Virus record (IMG/VR): IMGVR_UViG_3300032319_000806
Coordinates: 1-27,782 of that record
Length of the DNA: 27,782 bases
Source: a virus
Lineage: Duplodnaviria; Caudoviricetes
Strand: one strand, 5' to 3'
Shown in pieces: positions 9,790 through 18,014 of this stretch (within the stretch, counting starts at the first letter, position 1; every line of letters starts with the position of its first letter). The notes beneath the pieces were generated by a model. The model was not told where the DNA came from and made no database searches. It was given only the letters and a program-made list of their open reading frames with translations. Position numbers and translations under genes: made by a program.

Positions 9790-10861
9790 TCAAGACTTCA
9801 TCTTTTGATAAGCCTAAAATTCTAGCTTTGATTTCATCAATAGTGCTTAATCTTTCGACTTCTTTTGATAAAAGTTCTTTTCTCATTTCAGCTAATCTTA
9901 TCATTTCTTTACGACTCTCTTCTTCTTTCCATAATTCAACAAGATTCAATATAGAAGCATTTTCTTTAACTTGTTTACTTAGTCGATCACTTCTCTTGAC
10001 TTTTAAATCTTGAAGTAATTTTTGCTGTCTACTTACAGATTGGTTATATTCATTTCTAGAAGTACTAATAGCTTCTACAAGAGACATTGAAATCTTTTCT
10101 CCAGCTTCTACATTTGCATCCATTTGCAATTGTAATGCTTGAATAGTTTCTTGGATATTAGAAGATATTACAACTTCTGTAGCGAGCACGATATATTGAT
10201 CAACTTCTTCTTGAGTTAAATCATTCTTATCATAAGTATATCTGATGAAACTACTCTCAAAAAGCTCTCTTTCTTTTTCGTCTTGATATGTATTAATTTG
10301 ATGTAAAAATCTATAAGTATGCAAGTATCCAATGATAGCTTGTATATCTCTTTTTTGTTTTCCAGTTAACTTTGTTTCATCAATCCCTTCATGAACATAT
10401 CTGTTAATTCTAGATAAGCACCTAGTAAAAGTTGTTGGTGGCTTGTAATCTCCTTCTGGAATATTATTAGGATTACTATATACAACTTTTGTATCAAGTG
10501 TTTTGATGTATTCACCAACACTTCTAGTCTCTTGGTTTAAATTTGTTAAATCATTATTTTTAAATATGATTTTGGCTATTTCAACAGATGTCATTGTTGA
10601 ACAGTTGTTACTTATATATTCTTTTTGCTCTTCTGTTAGATCTATTAATCCTTTAGCTTCATATTCATGACTTTTCTTAGGTATAATTTGTCTCGATGCT
10701 AAATAATTTTTAATAGCCTTACCTTCTTGACTTCTTCCATCAAAACCTTCTCCAAATATTAATTTTGTTAATTCCGCTAAAGAAGGCGGATTAGATGGTC
10801 TTGAATTCCATTCTTCAAGAATATTCTTTTTTTGATCATCTGTTAATTCTATACTTGTCAT
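9782..10861 (-). CDS. Hypothetical helical/coiled-coil protein, possible terminase small subunit
   Basis: Two similar N-terminal HTH-like units (IELTDDQKKNI and IDLTEEQKEYI), a coiled-coil C-terminus, and position upstream of TerL. Confidence 0.45.
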   Translation of the reverse strand: MTSIELTDDQKKNILEEWNSRPSNPPSLAELTKLIFGEGFDGRSQEGKAIKNYLASRQIIPKKSHEYEAKGLIDLTEEQKEYISNNCSTMTSVEIAKIIFKNNDLTNLNQETRSVGEYIKTLDTKVVYSNPNNIPEGDYKPPTTFTRCLSRINRYVHEGIDETKLTGKQKRDIQAIIGYLHTYRFLHQINTYQDEKERELFESSFIRYTYDKNDLTQEEVDQYIVLATEVVISSNIQETIQALQLQMDANVEAGEKISMSLVEAISTSRNEYNQSVSRQQKLLQDLKVKRSDRLSKQVKENASILNLVELWKEEESRKEMIRLAEMRKELLSKEVERLSTIDEIKARILGLSKDEVLNG

Positions 10862-11535
10862 AATATATCTACATCATCACTATACAGATATTTTCTTACT
10901 TTTACGATAATAGATTTTTTAATATTTTGTACTTGTTTATAACCTGGGGCGCGATTCTTTTCGCTAGTCTTGTATCCCATACTTGCTGCAACTTGGTCTT
11001 CATCTTTGTGGTCTATATAAAGTAGTTGATAAACTTTCCATTCAGTTGGCTTAAGTACTTGTTGCATTTTTTTATGGATATTATTAGCACTTTTTTCTAT
11101 ATCAATTTTACCATCTTCCATTTCATGTACTTCTTTTGTATGATTTTCTAAAGCTAAAGGCAACTTTGTATCATGTGCATTTTTTTTATTCTTTTCCCAA
11201 GCAGCATACAATGGGCAAGAATTACATTGTTTACCATAAATATTACAATGATCTTCATCCTCGGCAGCTGCACATTTTAAACAAGGACGAGAGTAATTTC
11301 CATAATTATTTCTTATTAAATTCTTAATTTGATTACTAACAATTCTATTAATCCAAGGAGCCAGAGGTTGATCTGGATCATACATCTTCCATTTCTTATG
11401 AATATGTATTCTTAATATTTGAGCTACATCATCAAAATCCATCCAAGCAAGTGAAGTTAAATTCCACTTGTGTTTTCTTTTGTATATTTCAACATTTATT
11501 TCTTGAAATTTATTTTCAAATGTTGGCTTTTTCAC
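10858..11535 (-). CDS. Phage sigma70-family (ECF-like) RNA polymerase sigma factor with Cys-rich insertion
   Basis: Region 2-like DFDDVAQ...YDPDQPLAPWINRIVSNQIKN and region 4-like LKPTEWKVYQLLY...QVAASMG; CLKC..C..CNSC lies between them. Confidence 0.7.
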   Translation of the reverse strand: MKKPTFENKFQEINVEIYKRKHKWNLTSLAWMDFDDVAQILRIHIHKKWKMYDPDQPLAPWINRIVSNQIKNLIRNNYGNYSRPCLKCAAAEDEDHCNIYGKQCNSCPLYAAWEKNKKNAHDTKLPLALENHTKEVHEMEDGKIDIEKSANNIHKKMQQVLKPTEWKVYQLLYIDHKDEDQVAASMGYKTSEKNRAPGYKQVQNIKKSIIVKVRKYLYSDDVDIL

Positions 11536-11909
11536 GAATCATCATCTTCAGCGCTATCATCATCTGGAGCTTGACTACCTCTGCGAAGAGTTCCAGCTTC
11601 TTTTTGAAATTGTTTTAAAAATTCTTCTTTTGACGAACTTGATTCATCAGCATCTCTTTGAAAGGCAGGACTCTTCTCACCTTTAGCTAAATTTTTTAAT
11701 TTTTCACCTTTGGGCTTAGTTACTTCAATATCCCAATTAAGACTAGAAATACTAGGTTTTTGAATTATTTCTATTTCTGGTTCAACCTTTACTTGATTTT
11801 GAACTACTTTTCCGTTTGCTAGATTACATCCACATTTCGTGCAGAAATTTGGTTTAACATCTGCATACTGTATTGGATTACCACATGAACTACAATATAT
11901 TTTTGGCAT
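11532..11909 (-). CDS. Zinc-ribbon protein
   Basis: CSSCG...PNFCTKCG at the N-terminus and an acidic tail. Confidence 0.75.
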   Translation of the reverse strand: MPKIYCSSCGNPIQYADVKPNFCTKCGCNLANGKVVQNQVKVEPEIEIIQKPSISSLNWDIEVTKPKGEKLKNLAKGEKSPAFQRDADESSSSKEEFLKQFQKEAGTLRRGSQAPDDDSAEDDDS

Positions 11910-11911
11910 AT

Positions 11912-11931
11912 TTTAGATTATACAATCTAAA
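11912..11931. promoter_or_regulatory. 8-bp inverted repeat overlapping a minus-strand TATAAT (-10) box
   Basis: TTTAGATT-ATAC-AATCTAAA; TATAAT on the minus strand at 11917-11922, 7 nt before the ATG at 11909. Confidence 0.5.
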
Positions 11932-11952
11932 TATATTTTTTTCTACTTAATT

Positions 11953-12696
11953 TTATTTGCGTGTATAAGGCTTTGATTCAGATAACTCTTCAAACTTTTC
12001 AATAATATAAGCTAGAATATCATTTCTCATAATGTCTTCTGTGCCAAATTTAAAAGTATGTATGCCTTTATCTACGCTTTTCTTATTATCAAATAAATTA
12101 TAAGTGGCTTCAAATCCACTATTCTTAATATCAGACTGACGTATATCTCCAATTAATATTAATTTACTAAATTTACCCATTCTAGTAGTAATTAAAAGAA
12201 AATCATGAATACTTAAATTTTGAGCTTCATCACATATAATATAACTAGCATTAATACTTAAACCCCTCAAAAATCCAACTGGTAGTCCTTTTACCCTCTC
12301 TTGCTTCAAGAGCATTTCTACTTGGTTCTTTGGTAATAATTCATGCAGTTTATCCATCAATGGTTGAAGATAAGGGTCTAATTTACTATGAAGATCTCCT
12401 TTTAAGAATCCTAAGTTATGAGATGAGCTTTCGACTGGATTACGAACATAAAATATTTCACCTATTTTCTTACTATTAATAGCATTTAAAGCTGCATATA
12501 CGCTTAATAAACTTTTAGCTGTTCCTGCTGGGCCCTTGCAAAGTACCATTTTAGTATTTTTATCTTGCAATAATTGTATAAATTTCTTTTGATTCTCTGT
12601 CCATTGTAATTCGCGAATAGTTAAGAAACCTTCAATTTTATCTCTTTGAGGAACAGGGACGGACTTATCTTCTTTTTGTTTATGTTTTTTAGACAT
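11953..12696 (-). CDS. phoH: PhoH-family ATPase
   Basis: GPAGTAKS, LGFLKGDL..KLDPYLQP, FLRG, ICDEAQN, TRMG, GDIRQSD. Confidence 0.93.
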   Translation of the reverse strand: MSKKHKQKEDKSVPVPQRDKIEGFLTIRELQWTENQKKFIQLLQDKNTKMVLCKGPAGTAKSLLSVYAALNAINSKKIGEIFYVRNPVESSSHNLGFLKGDLHSKLDPYLQPLMDKLHELLPKNQVEMLLKQERVKGLPVGFLRGLSINASYIICDEAQNLSIHDFLLITTRMGKFSKLILIGDIRQSDIKNSGFEATYNLFDNKKSVDKGIHTFKFGTEDIMRNDILAYIIEKFEELSESKPYTRK

Positions 12697-12712
12697 TATA
12701 CTTTACTCTATG

Positions 12713-12743
12713 ATTTACACAGATTATGAATTAATGTGTAAAT
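12713..12743. promoter_or_regulatory. Back-to-back GTGTAA motifs forming a 9-bp inverted repeat between divergent genes
   Basis: ATTTACACA-N13-TGTGTAAAT; each half points toward its own gene. Confidence 0.6.
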
Positions 12744-12752
12744 AAATTAACG

Positions 12753-13418
12753 ATGGCTTTTCTTAATACAAATATACCTCCAATTGAATGTTTTGTTCGA
12801 GGTAATTATCTAAGAAATCAAGAAGACAGTTTTGATAAAAAATATAAATGTTTAATTTTTGGTGTCACAAGTTTACCAAGTCAAGTTCCACTTTTTAATT
12901 TTCTAATGGAAGATGGTGGAATATGGTGGCATGCACCTATTAGCGCTTTTTGTTCAAAAGAAGATGCACCAAATATGGAATTAACCGAATTAGAACTTTG
13001 GGACAGTTTTAGTTATCATATATCAGTAACAACATTTTATTTATTAGAGAATAAAATAATGAAATACAAGGGTAGAAGTGGTAAAGACTATATGGGTCGT
13101 TATTTATTTACTCTTGATTGGGCCCATAGCGATTACAATGAATTAAATTTTGGATTTAGTCAAAAACCTGATCAGCATAAAGCTGGACATGTTATAAAAC
13201 TTGATAATGGTAATTTCGCAATACAACCAAATAATAGAATAAAAGTATTTGATCCTAGCTTCGCAACAAAACCAAATGAGTCATTGTTGCAAAGAAAAAT
13301 AAATTCTCATATATACACTGCTGAAAATAGTCCAAAATGGATTACCGAAGATAGTGATAATTATGAGTATTCAATACGAAAAACCGAAAATGAAAAAACA
13401 CATCAAGATAACAAATAA
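12753..13418 (+). CDS. Phage hypothetical protein
   Basis: 221 aa ORF with natural composition (MAFLNTNIPP..., LDNGNFAIQPNNRI); no function recognised. Confidence 0.75.
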   Translation: MAFLNTNIPPIECFVRGNYLRNQEDSFDKKYKCLIFGVTSLPSQVPLFNFLMEDGGIWWHAPISAFCSKEDAPNMELTELELWDSFSYHISVTTFYLLENKIMKYKGRSGKDYMGRYLFTLDWAHSDYNELNFGFSQKPDQHKAGHVIKLDNGNFAIQPNNRIKVFDPSFATKPNESLLQRKINSHIYTAENSPKWITEDSDNYEYSIRKTENEKTHQDNK

Positions 13419-13653
13419 AAACATACAAGAAGGTACATTAGCTGACCCTCAAGGATGTGCTATAGCAAGATCATTGAAATCTAGTATTAGAAATCTAGAT
13501 TCAGTATCTGTATTAGCAGATCACGTTAAGATTTCTTTTAAAAATAAAAAATCTTATGTAGCTAGTATGCCAGCTAAAGGAACGAACTTTATCAAAAGAT
13601 TTGATAGAGGTCAATCAGTTAATCCTTTAGAGCTTGAATTGAATTTTGTTTAA
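13390..13653 (+). CDS. Hypothetical protein
   Basis: ATG at 13390 preferred; MKKHIKIT...DPQGCAIARSL. Confidence 0.65.
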   Translation: MKKHIKITNKNIQEGTLADPQGCAIARSLKSSIRNLDSVSVLADHVKISFKNKKSYVASMPAKGTNFIKRFDRGQSVNPLELELNFV

Positions 13654-13674
13654 TTTAATTTAAACAACTTTTAA

Positions 13675-14028
13675 TTAGTCTTTAAACATCTCAGGATGTT
13701 TCTTACCTTTTCGTTTCTTGCTCCAGTCAGCCCAATATTTTTGCTTTACTGGATCTTTTCCACCATGAACTTTTTTACGAGCTTCTGACAATTCTTTACT
13801 TTGATCAAATAAATCACCCATAGTACCCTTTTTATTTCCAGTCATTTCAGCAAATTTTTTAGAGTCCATAGAGCCATCCATTTTTGTATCAACCCCCATT
13901 TGTGGAACAGTAAATATACGATTCCATTTTACTCCATCAGAATCAATATATTTATGTTCATCATGAATACTTTGAATTATACTAACTACTTTTTCGGTAG
14001 TTGGGTGCTGATATAAATACTCTGGCAT
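13675..14028 (-). CDS. FmdB-like small protein lacking the zinc-ribbon cysteines
   Basis: MPEYLYQ start (MPxYxY pattern) and WNRIFTVP; basic C-terminus. Confidence 0.6.
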   Translation of the reverse strand: MPEYLYQHPTTEKVVSIIQSIHDEHKYIDSDGVKWNRIFTVPQMGVDTKMDGSMDSKKFAEMTGNKKGTMGDLFDQSKELSEARKKVHGGKDPVKQKYWADWSKKRKGKKHPEMFKD

Positions 14029-15116
14029 TACATGTGAGATAGTATTGAATCTACCATCTTCTCATAGGTAAATTGTTTCTGTAGTTTTAATCCAGCTTCA
14101 TTTACTTTATTCGTTTTTACTCTTTGTATTGCTTGATCACATGCAAATAGAAAATCATTATGATTAAAATCAAAAATATTTCCTTGATTATATGGAGATC
14201 CTTTTCTAAAGAATACATTATCATATGCTTCAATCTTACCTGTAGGATTAACTAGAACAGAATTCTCATCATTTGCCCAGCCCTTATACGAGTGAGCGTT
14301 TAGAATTACTCCATGTTTTCCTAAACATAAGCTATTAAACTCTGGTAATCCCCATCCTTCTCCACCGCTCATTCCAACGATAATATTAGAACTATTTAAA
14401 TAATCATTATATGTAGCGTTAGTTGGCATGAATCCTAAAAAGTTTATATTAAAGAAGCTTTTATTCTCTAGAATACTTGCAATCAATTTCTGTTGATCTT
14501 CTGGCTTTAGAAAATGATTAAATATAGAACAATTTAGATAGTAATCTTTATTGTTGCCATATTTCATTGCCCAAGATTTAATAACTTTAGCATGATGCTT
14601 TCTTCTCTCAAGCTTCCCTACTACATTAAAAGTTATTCTGTCCTTCAAAACAGAAGAGTTATCTTTTACATGAAAACTATCTGAATCAAAAGCCAAAGGA
14701 ATATAATGTATGTTACTAACACCATTATCCTCAAAAATTCTTTTAGAATACTCAGAAGATACAAGAACTTTATGATTATTTTTTAAAATATTAATTTCTT
14801 CCGCTGTTGGAGAATCCAATTCGTAAAATGTTAATAGAACTTGCTTATCACTATAAGACTCAAAAGAGCCATTTATATGCCATAATTTAAATATAGGATT
14901 TGATCTTTTATGGTCTTTTGTAGCTTTAGCTATACATCCATCAAGCCATTTATTAAAATCTGAATTTTGATTATAAACACTTAAGTCTGCTTGATTACCT
15001 ATAAGAAATAGGCAAGGTTCCAGCTTTCTTCTATAAAATTCTTTAAGAATACCGACTGAAACCTGCCCAAAGCTTACTGCATTGACAGGTAAATGTAATG
15101 CAATTTCCTTACTCAC
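14028..15116 (-). CDS. GT-B (GT4-like) glycosyltransferase
   Basis: VGKLERRK and EGWGLPEFNS donor-binding motifs. Confidence 0.85.
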   Translation of the reverse strand: MSKEIALHLPVNAVSFGQVSVGILKEFYRRKLEPCLFLIGNQADLSVYNQNSDFNKWLDGCIAKATKDHKRSNPIFKLWHINGSFESYSDKQVLLTFYELDSPTAEEINILKNNHKVLVSSEYSKRIFEDNGVSNIHYIPLAFDSDSFHVKDNSSVLKDRITFNVVGKLERRKHHAKVIKSWAMKYGNNKDYYLNCSIFNHFLKPEDQQKLIASILENKSFFNINFLGFMPTNATYNDYLNSSNIIVGMSGGEGWGLPEFNSLCLGKHGVILNAHSYKGWANDENSVLVNPTGKIEAYDNVFFRKGSPYNQGNIFDFNHNDFLFACDQAIQRVKTNKVNEAGLKLQKQFTYEKMVDSILSHM

Positions 15117-15421
15117 AGAATATCTTCGTCTTCTTCTTGAACAACGGCTTTTACTGGAGTCTTGGCAACTACTTTCTTAGCTGGTACAGCAGAAGCAGCT
15201 TGAACTGGCTTACTGCCTTGTGCCTTCTCAGAAACATAGATACGAAAATCTGGAGCATTTTCGTTCTTCTTATTCTTATTAGAGAATACGACTACGCTAA
15301 TACGCTCACCATCCTCAAAAGATAGATGACCAGTTAGGTATGTTTGTGTTGCACTCTTTTTCTTCCATAATGCTCCAAGCTCACGCTTAGACCAATCAGT
15401 TTTATTATTTGTTTCGCTCAT
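15113..15421 (-). CDS. DUF736-like small protein with acidic tail (possible ssDNA-binding protein)
   Basis: ELGALWKKKS..YLTG...NKNKKNENAPDFRI, ending EEDEDIL; ATG at 15421 preferred. Confidence 0.6.
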   Translation of the reverse strand: MSETNNKTDWSKRELGALWKKKSATQTYLTGHLSFEDGERISVVVFSNKNKKNENAPDFRIYVSEKAQGSKPVQAASAVPAKKVVAKTPVKAVVQEEDEDIL

Positions 15422-15446
15422 TTTTGTTTTTAGTATCTCCTTATTT

Positions 15447-16046
15447 TTATATTTTATCAAACAAATCCTTGCTTGTCAACTTATTTTTCAAAATTTGAAC
15501 ACCTTTATTATGAAGATTAATAGCATTTTGAGTACTCATATTCATTTTCTTACCAATTTTAGTCCAAGTTTGATTTGATGCATCTTCAAAATATCTCATA
15601 TTAAAAATTTTAGATATTCTATGATCTTTTAATTGATCTAATAAAGTAACGATATAATCCTTTAACTCATTTAACTTATCATTAGTTTGATCGGCATTCT
15701 TGTCGATTAGATATTGTAAATCTTTTTTCTCTAAATATACAATGTCTTCTTTTTTATTAATCGTATTTAAACATTGATATCTTATTTGATTACCTAACCA
15801 AGTAGAGAATTTAACATTTTTGCTAGGTTTAAAAGACATAGCAGTTTTATATATTACATAATCCTTTTGTTGATATACTTCGTTTAAATCTATATTCTTG
15901 ACATTAAAAGATGGAGTATATTTTTTATATATTTTATAGCATAATGGAGAATGTCTAGATATAAGAAGTCCTAAACTTTTTTCACAGTTATTCTTTTGAA
16001 TTTGTATTATTAAGTATTCGTCTGGTTCATTTTCTAAATTTATCAT
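15447..16046 (-). CDS. Second phage sigma70-family sigma factor
   Basis: Region 2 FKPSKNVKFSTWLGNQIR; region 4 IFNMRYF...TWTKIGKKMNMSTQNAINLH. Confidence 0.8.
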   Translation of the reverse strand: MINLENEPDEYLIIQIQKNNCEKSLGLLISRHSPLCYKIYKKYTPSFNVKNIDLNEVYQQKDYVIYKTAMSFKPSKNVKFSTWLGNQIRYQCLNTINKKEDIVYLEKKDLQYLIDKNADQTNDKLNELKDYIVTLLDQLKDHRISKIFNMRYFEDASNQTWTKIGKKMNMSTQNAINLHNKGVQILKNKLTSKDLFDKI

Positions 16047-16620
16047 AATATTTTATAAAACCTTTCACAATTTCATTTAAATTTTCATTATTACATGTTT
16101 CACTACTTGGCTCAACAGTGTTCCAAGTTATAGAATAATCAGCTTTACTTCGCAACTTTTCATTATTAATAGACTCTTCTTCATTTGCTGGTGGAATTTC
16201 ATCTTCACCAAACATTCTTGTGATATGAACCATCACTCCATTGTTTTCATTTTTCAACCAATGAAATTCGTCTTTTGGATAAATATCATATCTTACATCA
16301 GTAATGACTGGGATTTTATCTAATCTTAAAATTTCATTAATCTTTTTTTGAGCCAGACAAGTCCAGTATGCTCCATCAGTTTGTTGTCTTTTGATTTTTC
16401 CATATTCAACCATTAGACCACGAATTAAGCTCTTTTCTTTTGTATCATCAGTAAAAACAGAAATTCCTATCTTTGATTTAACAAAATCGTCCAAATCTTT
16501 TTTTAATTCACCAGCCAGAGCTACTTGTTCTACTTCTGGTAAATATTTTTTTAGAATATTAAAAAATGTATCCTTTCCAGAACGAGCACATCCAGCAATT
16601 CCAATTATTTTATTTTGCAT
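16027..16620 (-). CDS. Deoxynucleoside monophosphate kinase
   Basis: IIGIAGCARSGKDT P-loop, LKKDL, and ITDVRY motif. Confidence 0.8.
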   Translation of the reverse strand: MQNKIIGIAGCARSGKDTFFNILKKYLPEVEQVALAGELKKDLDDFVKSKIGISVFTDDTKEKSLIRGLMVEYGKIKRQQTDGAYWTCLAQKKINEILRLDKIPVITDVRYDIYPKDEFHWLKNENNGVMVHITRMFGEDEIPPANEEESINNEKLRSKADYSITWNTVEPSSETCNNENLNEIVKGFIKYYDKFRK

Positions 16621-16651
16621 CAACGAATTGTAATTTATTCTTGCTTTAAAG

Positions 16652-17059
16652 TCAAGGTGTTTGTTTTTTAGAAGTAGTCATGCTGGCTAAAAATATAAGA
16701 TTTCTAATATCCTTTTCTGATATATTTTTTGCATCACAATAGTCTTTCTTATCTTTGATTTGTTCGCAAAAATCATTTATAACCTGAGCAATCAGATTAC
16801 AGGTAAATCCACTTAGACTTAAATTTTGATCATAAGAATTTAATGGTTTTTTAAGAATATAAATTCTTTTTTTACCTATTTGGTGGCTTTTAATCAAATC
16901 GCTTTTTTCAAGATCCTCTAAAGCTAAAATAAAGGCTATCTTCGTTTCATCTGGATTCTCGGAAATAAGTATTAAATCTTTATAGTTTTCCTCTAAAGAG
17001 AAAGATGCATTTTTAGCGAAATACTCTAATAGCTTATTAGCCGCTTCGACAATAGTCAT
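16652..17059 (-). CDS. Hypothetical protein (possible winged helix)
   Basis: Likely start MTIVEAANKLL at 17059 (or 17065); the track's longer start overlaps the divergent promoter region. Confidence 0.6.
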   Translation of the reverse strand: MTIVEAANKLLEYFAKNASFSLEENYKDLILISENPDETKIAFILALEDLEKSDLIKSHQIGKKRIYILKKPLNSYDQNLSLSGFTCNLIAQVINDFCEQIKDKKDYCDAKNISEKDIRNLIFLASMTTSKKQTP

Positions 17060-17084
17060 CAACATAATATTATATAAAGAAAAC

Positions 17085-17113
17085 TTGCTTTTTCTAGAAA
17101 AGTTTAGTATAAT
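17085..17113 (+). promoter_or_regulatory. Sigma70-type promoter
   Basis: TTGCTT-N17-TATAAT, with an ATG 7 nt downstream. Confidence 0.7.
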
Positions 17114-17120
17114 CATAATT

Positions 17121-17183
17121 ATGACAATGAGCGTTATTTTAGGTATTCTGGTATTCATTGGAATGTCAATTAAAACAAAATGA
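17121..17183 (+). CDS. 20-aa hydrophobic peptide MTMSVILGILVFIGMSIKTK (not in ORF track)
   Basis: ATG at the predicted +1; its stop overlaps the dCMP deaminase start (ATGA). Confidence 0.55.
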   Translation: MTMSVILGILVFIGMSIKTK

Positions 17184-17602
17184 ATAGAATATCTTTTGAA
17201 GATATGGCTATGAATTTAGCCCTAGTGGTAAGTCAAAGATCAGAAGACCCACATCAAAAGGTTGGAGTATGTATTTTAGATAAAAATGGAAGAGTCCTAA
17301 GTCTAGGATACAATGGTATTAGACCTAAAGACGAAAGAGATAATGACTTTTGGAACGATAGAGAAAATAGAAGAAAGTATATAATTCATGCAGAAACTAA
17401 TGCTTTATCTTGTATAACTAGATATGATAATCCATATATCTTAGCTTCAACTCTTTTGCCTTGCTCTTGCTGTGCAATCAATATAGCTTCCTATGGAATA
17501 GAAAAGGTTTTGTATCTAGAAGATTACAAGAATGACCAATCCGCATACGATGTATTAAGATTTCACAATATAGAACTTAAAAAATATGAACCAAGAAGTT
17601 AA
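17180..17602 (+). CDS. dCMP deaminase
   Basis: RSEDP..KVG, GYNG, HAETNA and PCSCC zinc motifs. Confidence 0.9.
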   Translation: MNRISFEDMAMNLALVVSQRSEDPHQKVGVCILDKNGRVLSLGYNGIRPKDERDNDFWNDRENRRKYIIHAETNALSCITRYDNPYILASTLLPCSCCAINIASYGIEKVLYLEDYKNDQSAYDVLRFHNIELKKYEPRS

Positions 17603-18014
17603 ATTTAAATCTCTTCACGATAAAGGCAAAAAACCAACAGATGAATATAAAAATGCAATATATAGTATTTCCAGTGGTGAAAGATGTTATATCTATCCAG
17701 GTGAAAGAAAATTTATTAAAACTTTTATAGAAATAGAAATTCCAGAAGGATATCTTGGCATGATAGTTCCAAGAAAAGAAAATTACAATAGAAATGGATT
17801 GTACGCCTTTCAAGAGATTATAATGCCTCAAGAAAAAAAAGAGTTGCTATTAATGGTAACGAATGTTAATATACCAAAGAGCCCATTTATGATGACTGAT
17901 AATGAAAGATTTTTAGGAGAAAGAGCAAAAATAGATATTTATATTGGAGATAAAATCGCAAATATGATCTTATCACCAATTCACACTTTTACATTTAAAG
18001 GAGAAAACGAATGA
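17586..18014 (+). CDS. Trimeric dUTPase-fold protein with degenerate catalytic motifs
   Basis: IYPGERKFIKT, IEIPEGYLGMIVPR and GDKIAN scaffold; motif 1 and 3 aspartates absent, motif 5 missing. Confidence 0.7.
   Translation: MNQEVKFKSLHDKGKKPTDEYKNAIYSISSGERCYIYPGERKFIKTFIEIEIPEGYLGMIVPRKENYNRNGLYAFQEIIMPQEKKELLLMVTNVNIPKSPFMMTDNERFLGERAKIDIYIGDKIANMILSPIHTFTFKGENE

Noticed and set aside
13653-13675. Intrinsic terminator between convergent genes
   Set aside because: No stable hairpin; the gap is only A/T-rich sequence.
17060-17158. Extended N-terminus of ORF 16652..17158 as given in the track
   Set aside because: It runs through a divergent promoter region and the small plus-strand ORF; the downstream ATG follows its own TATAAT.
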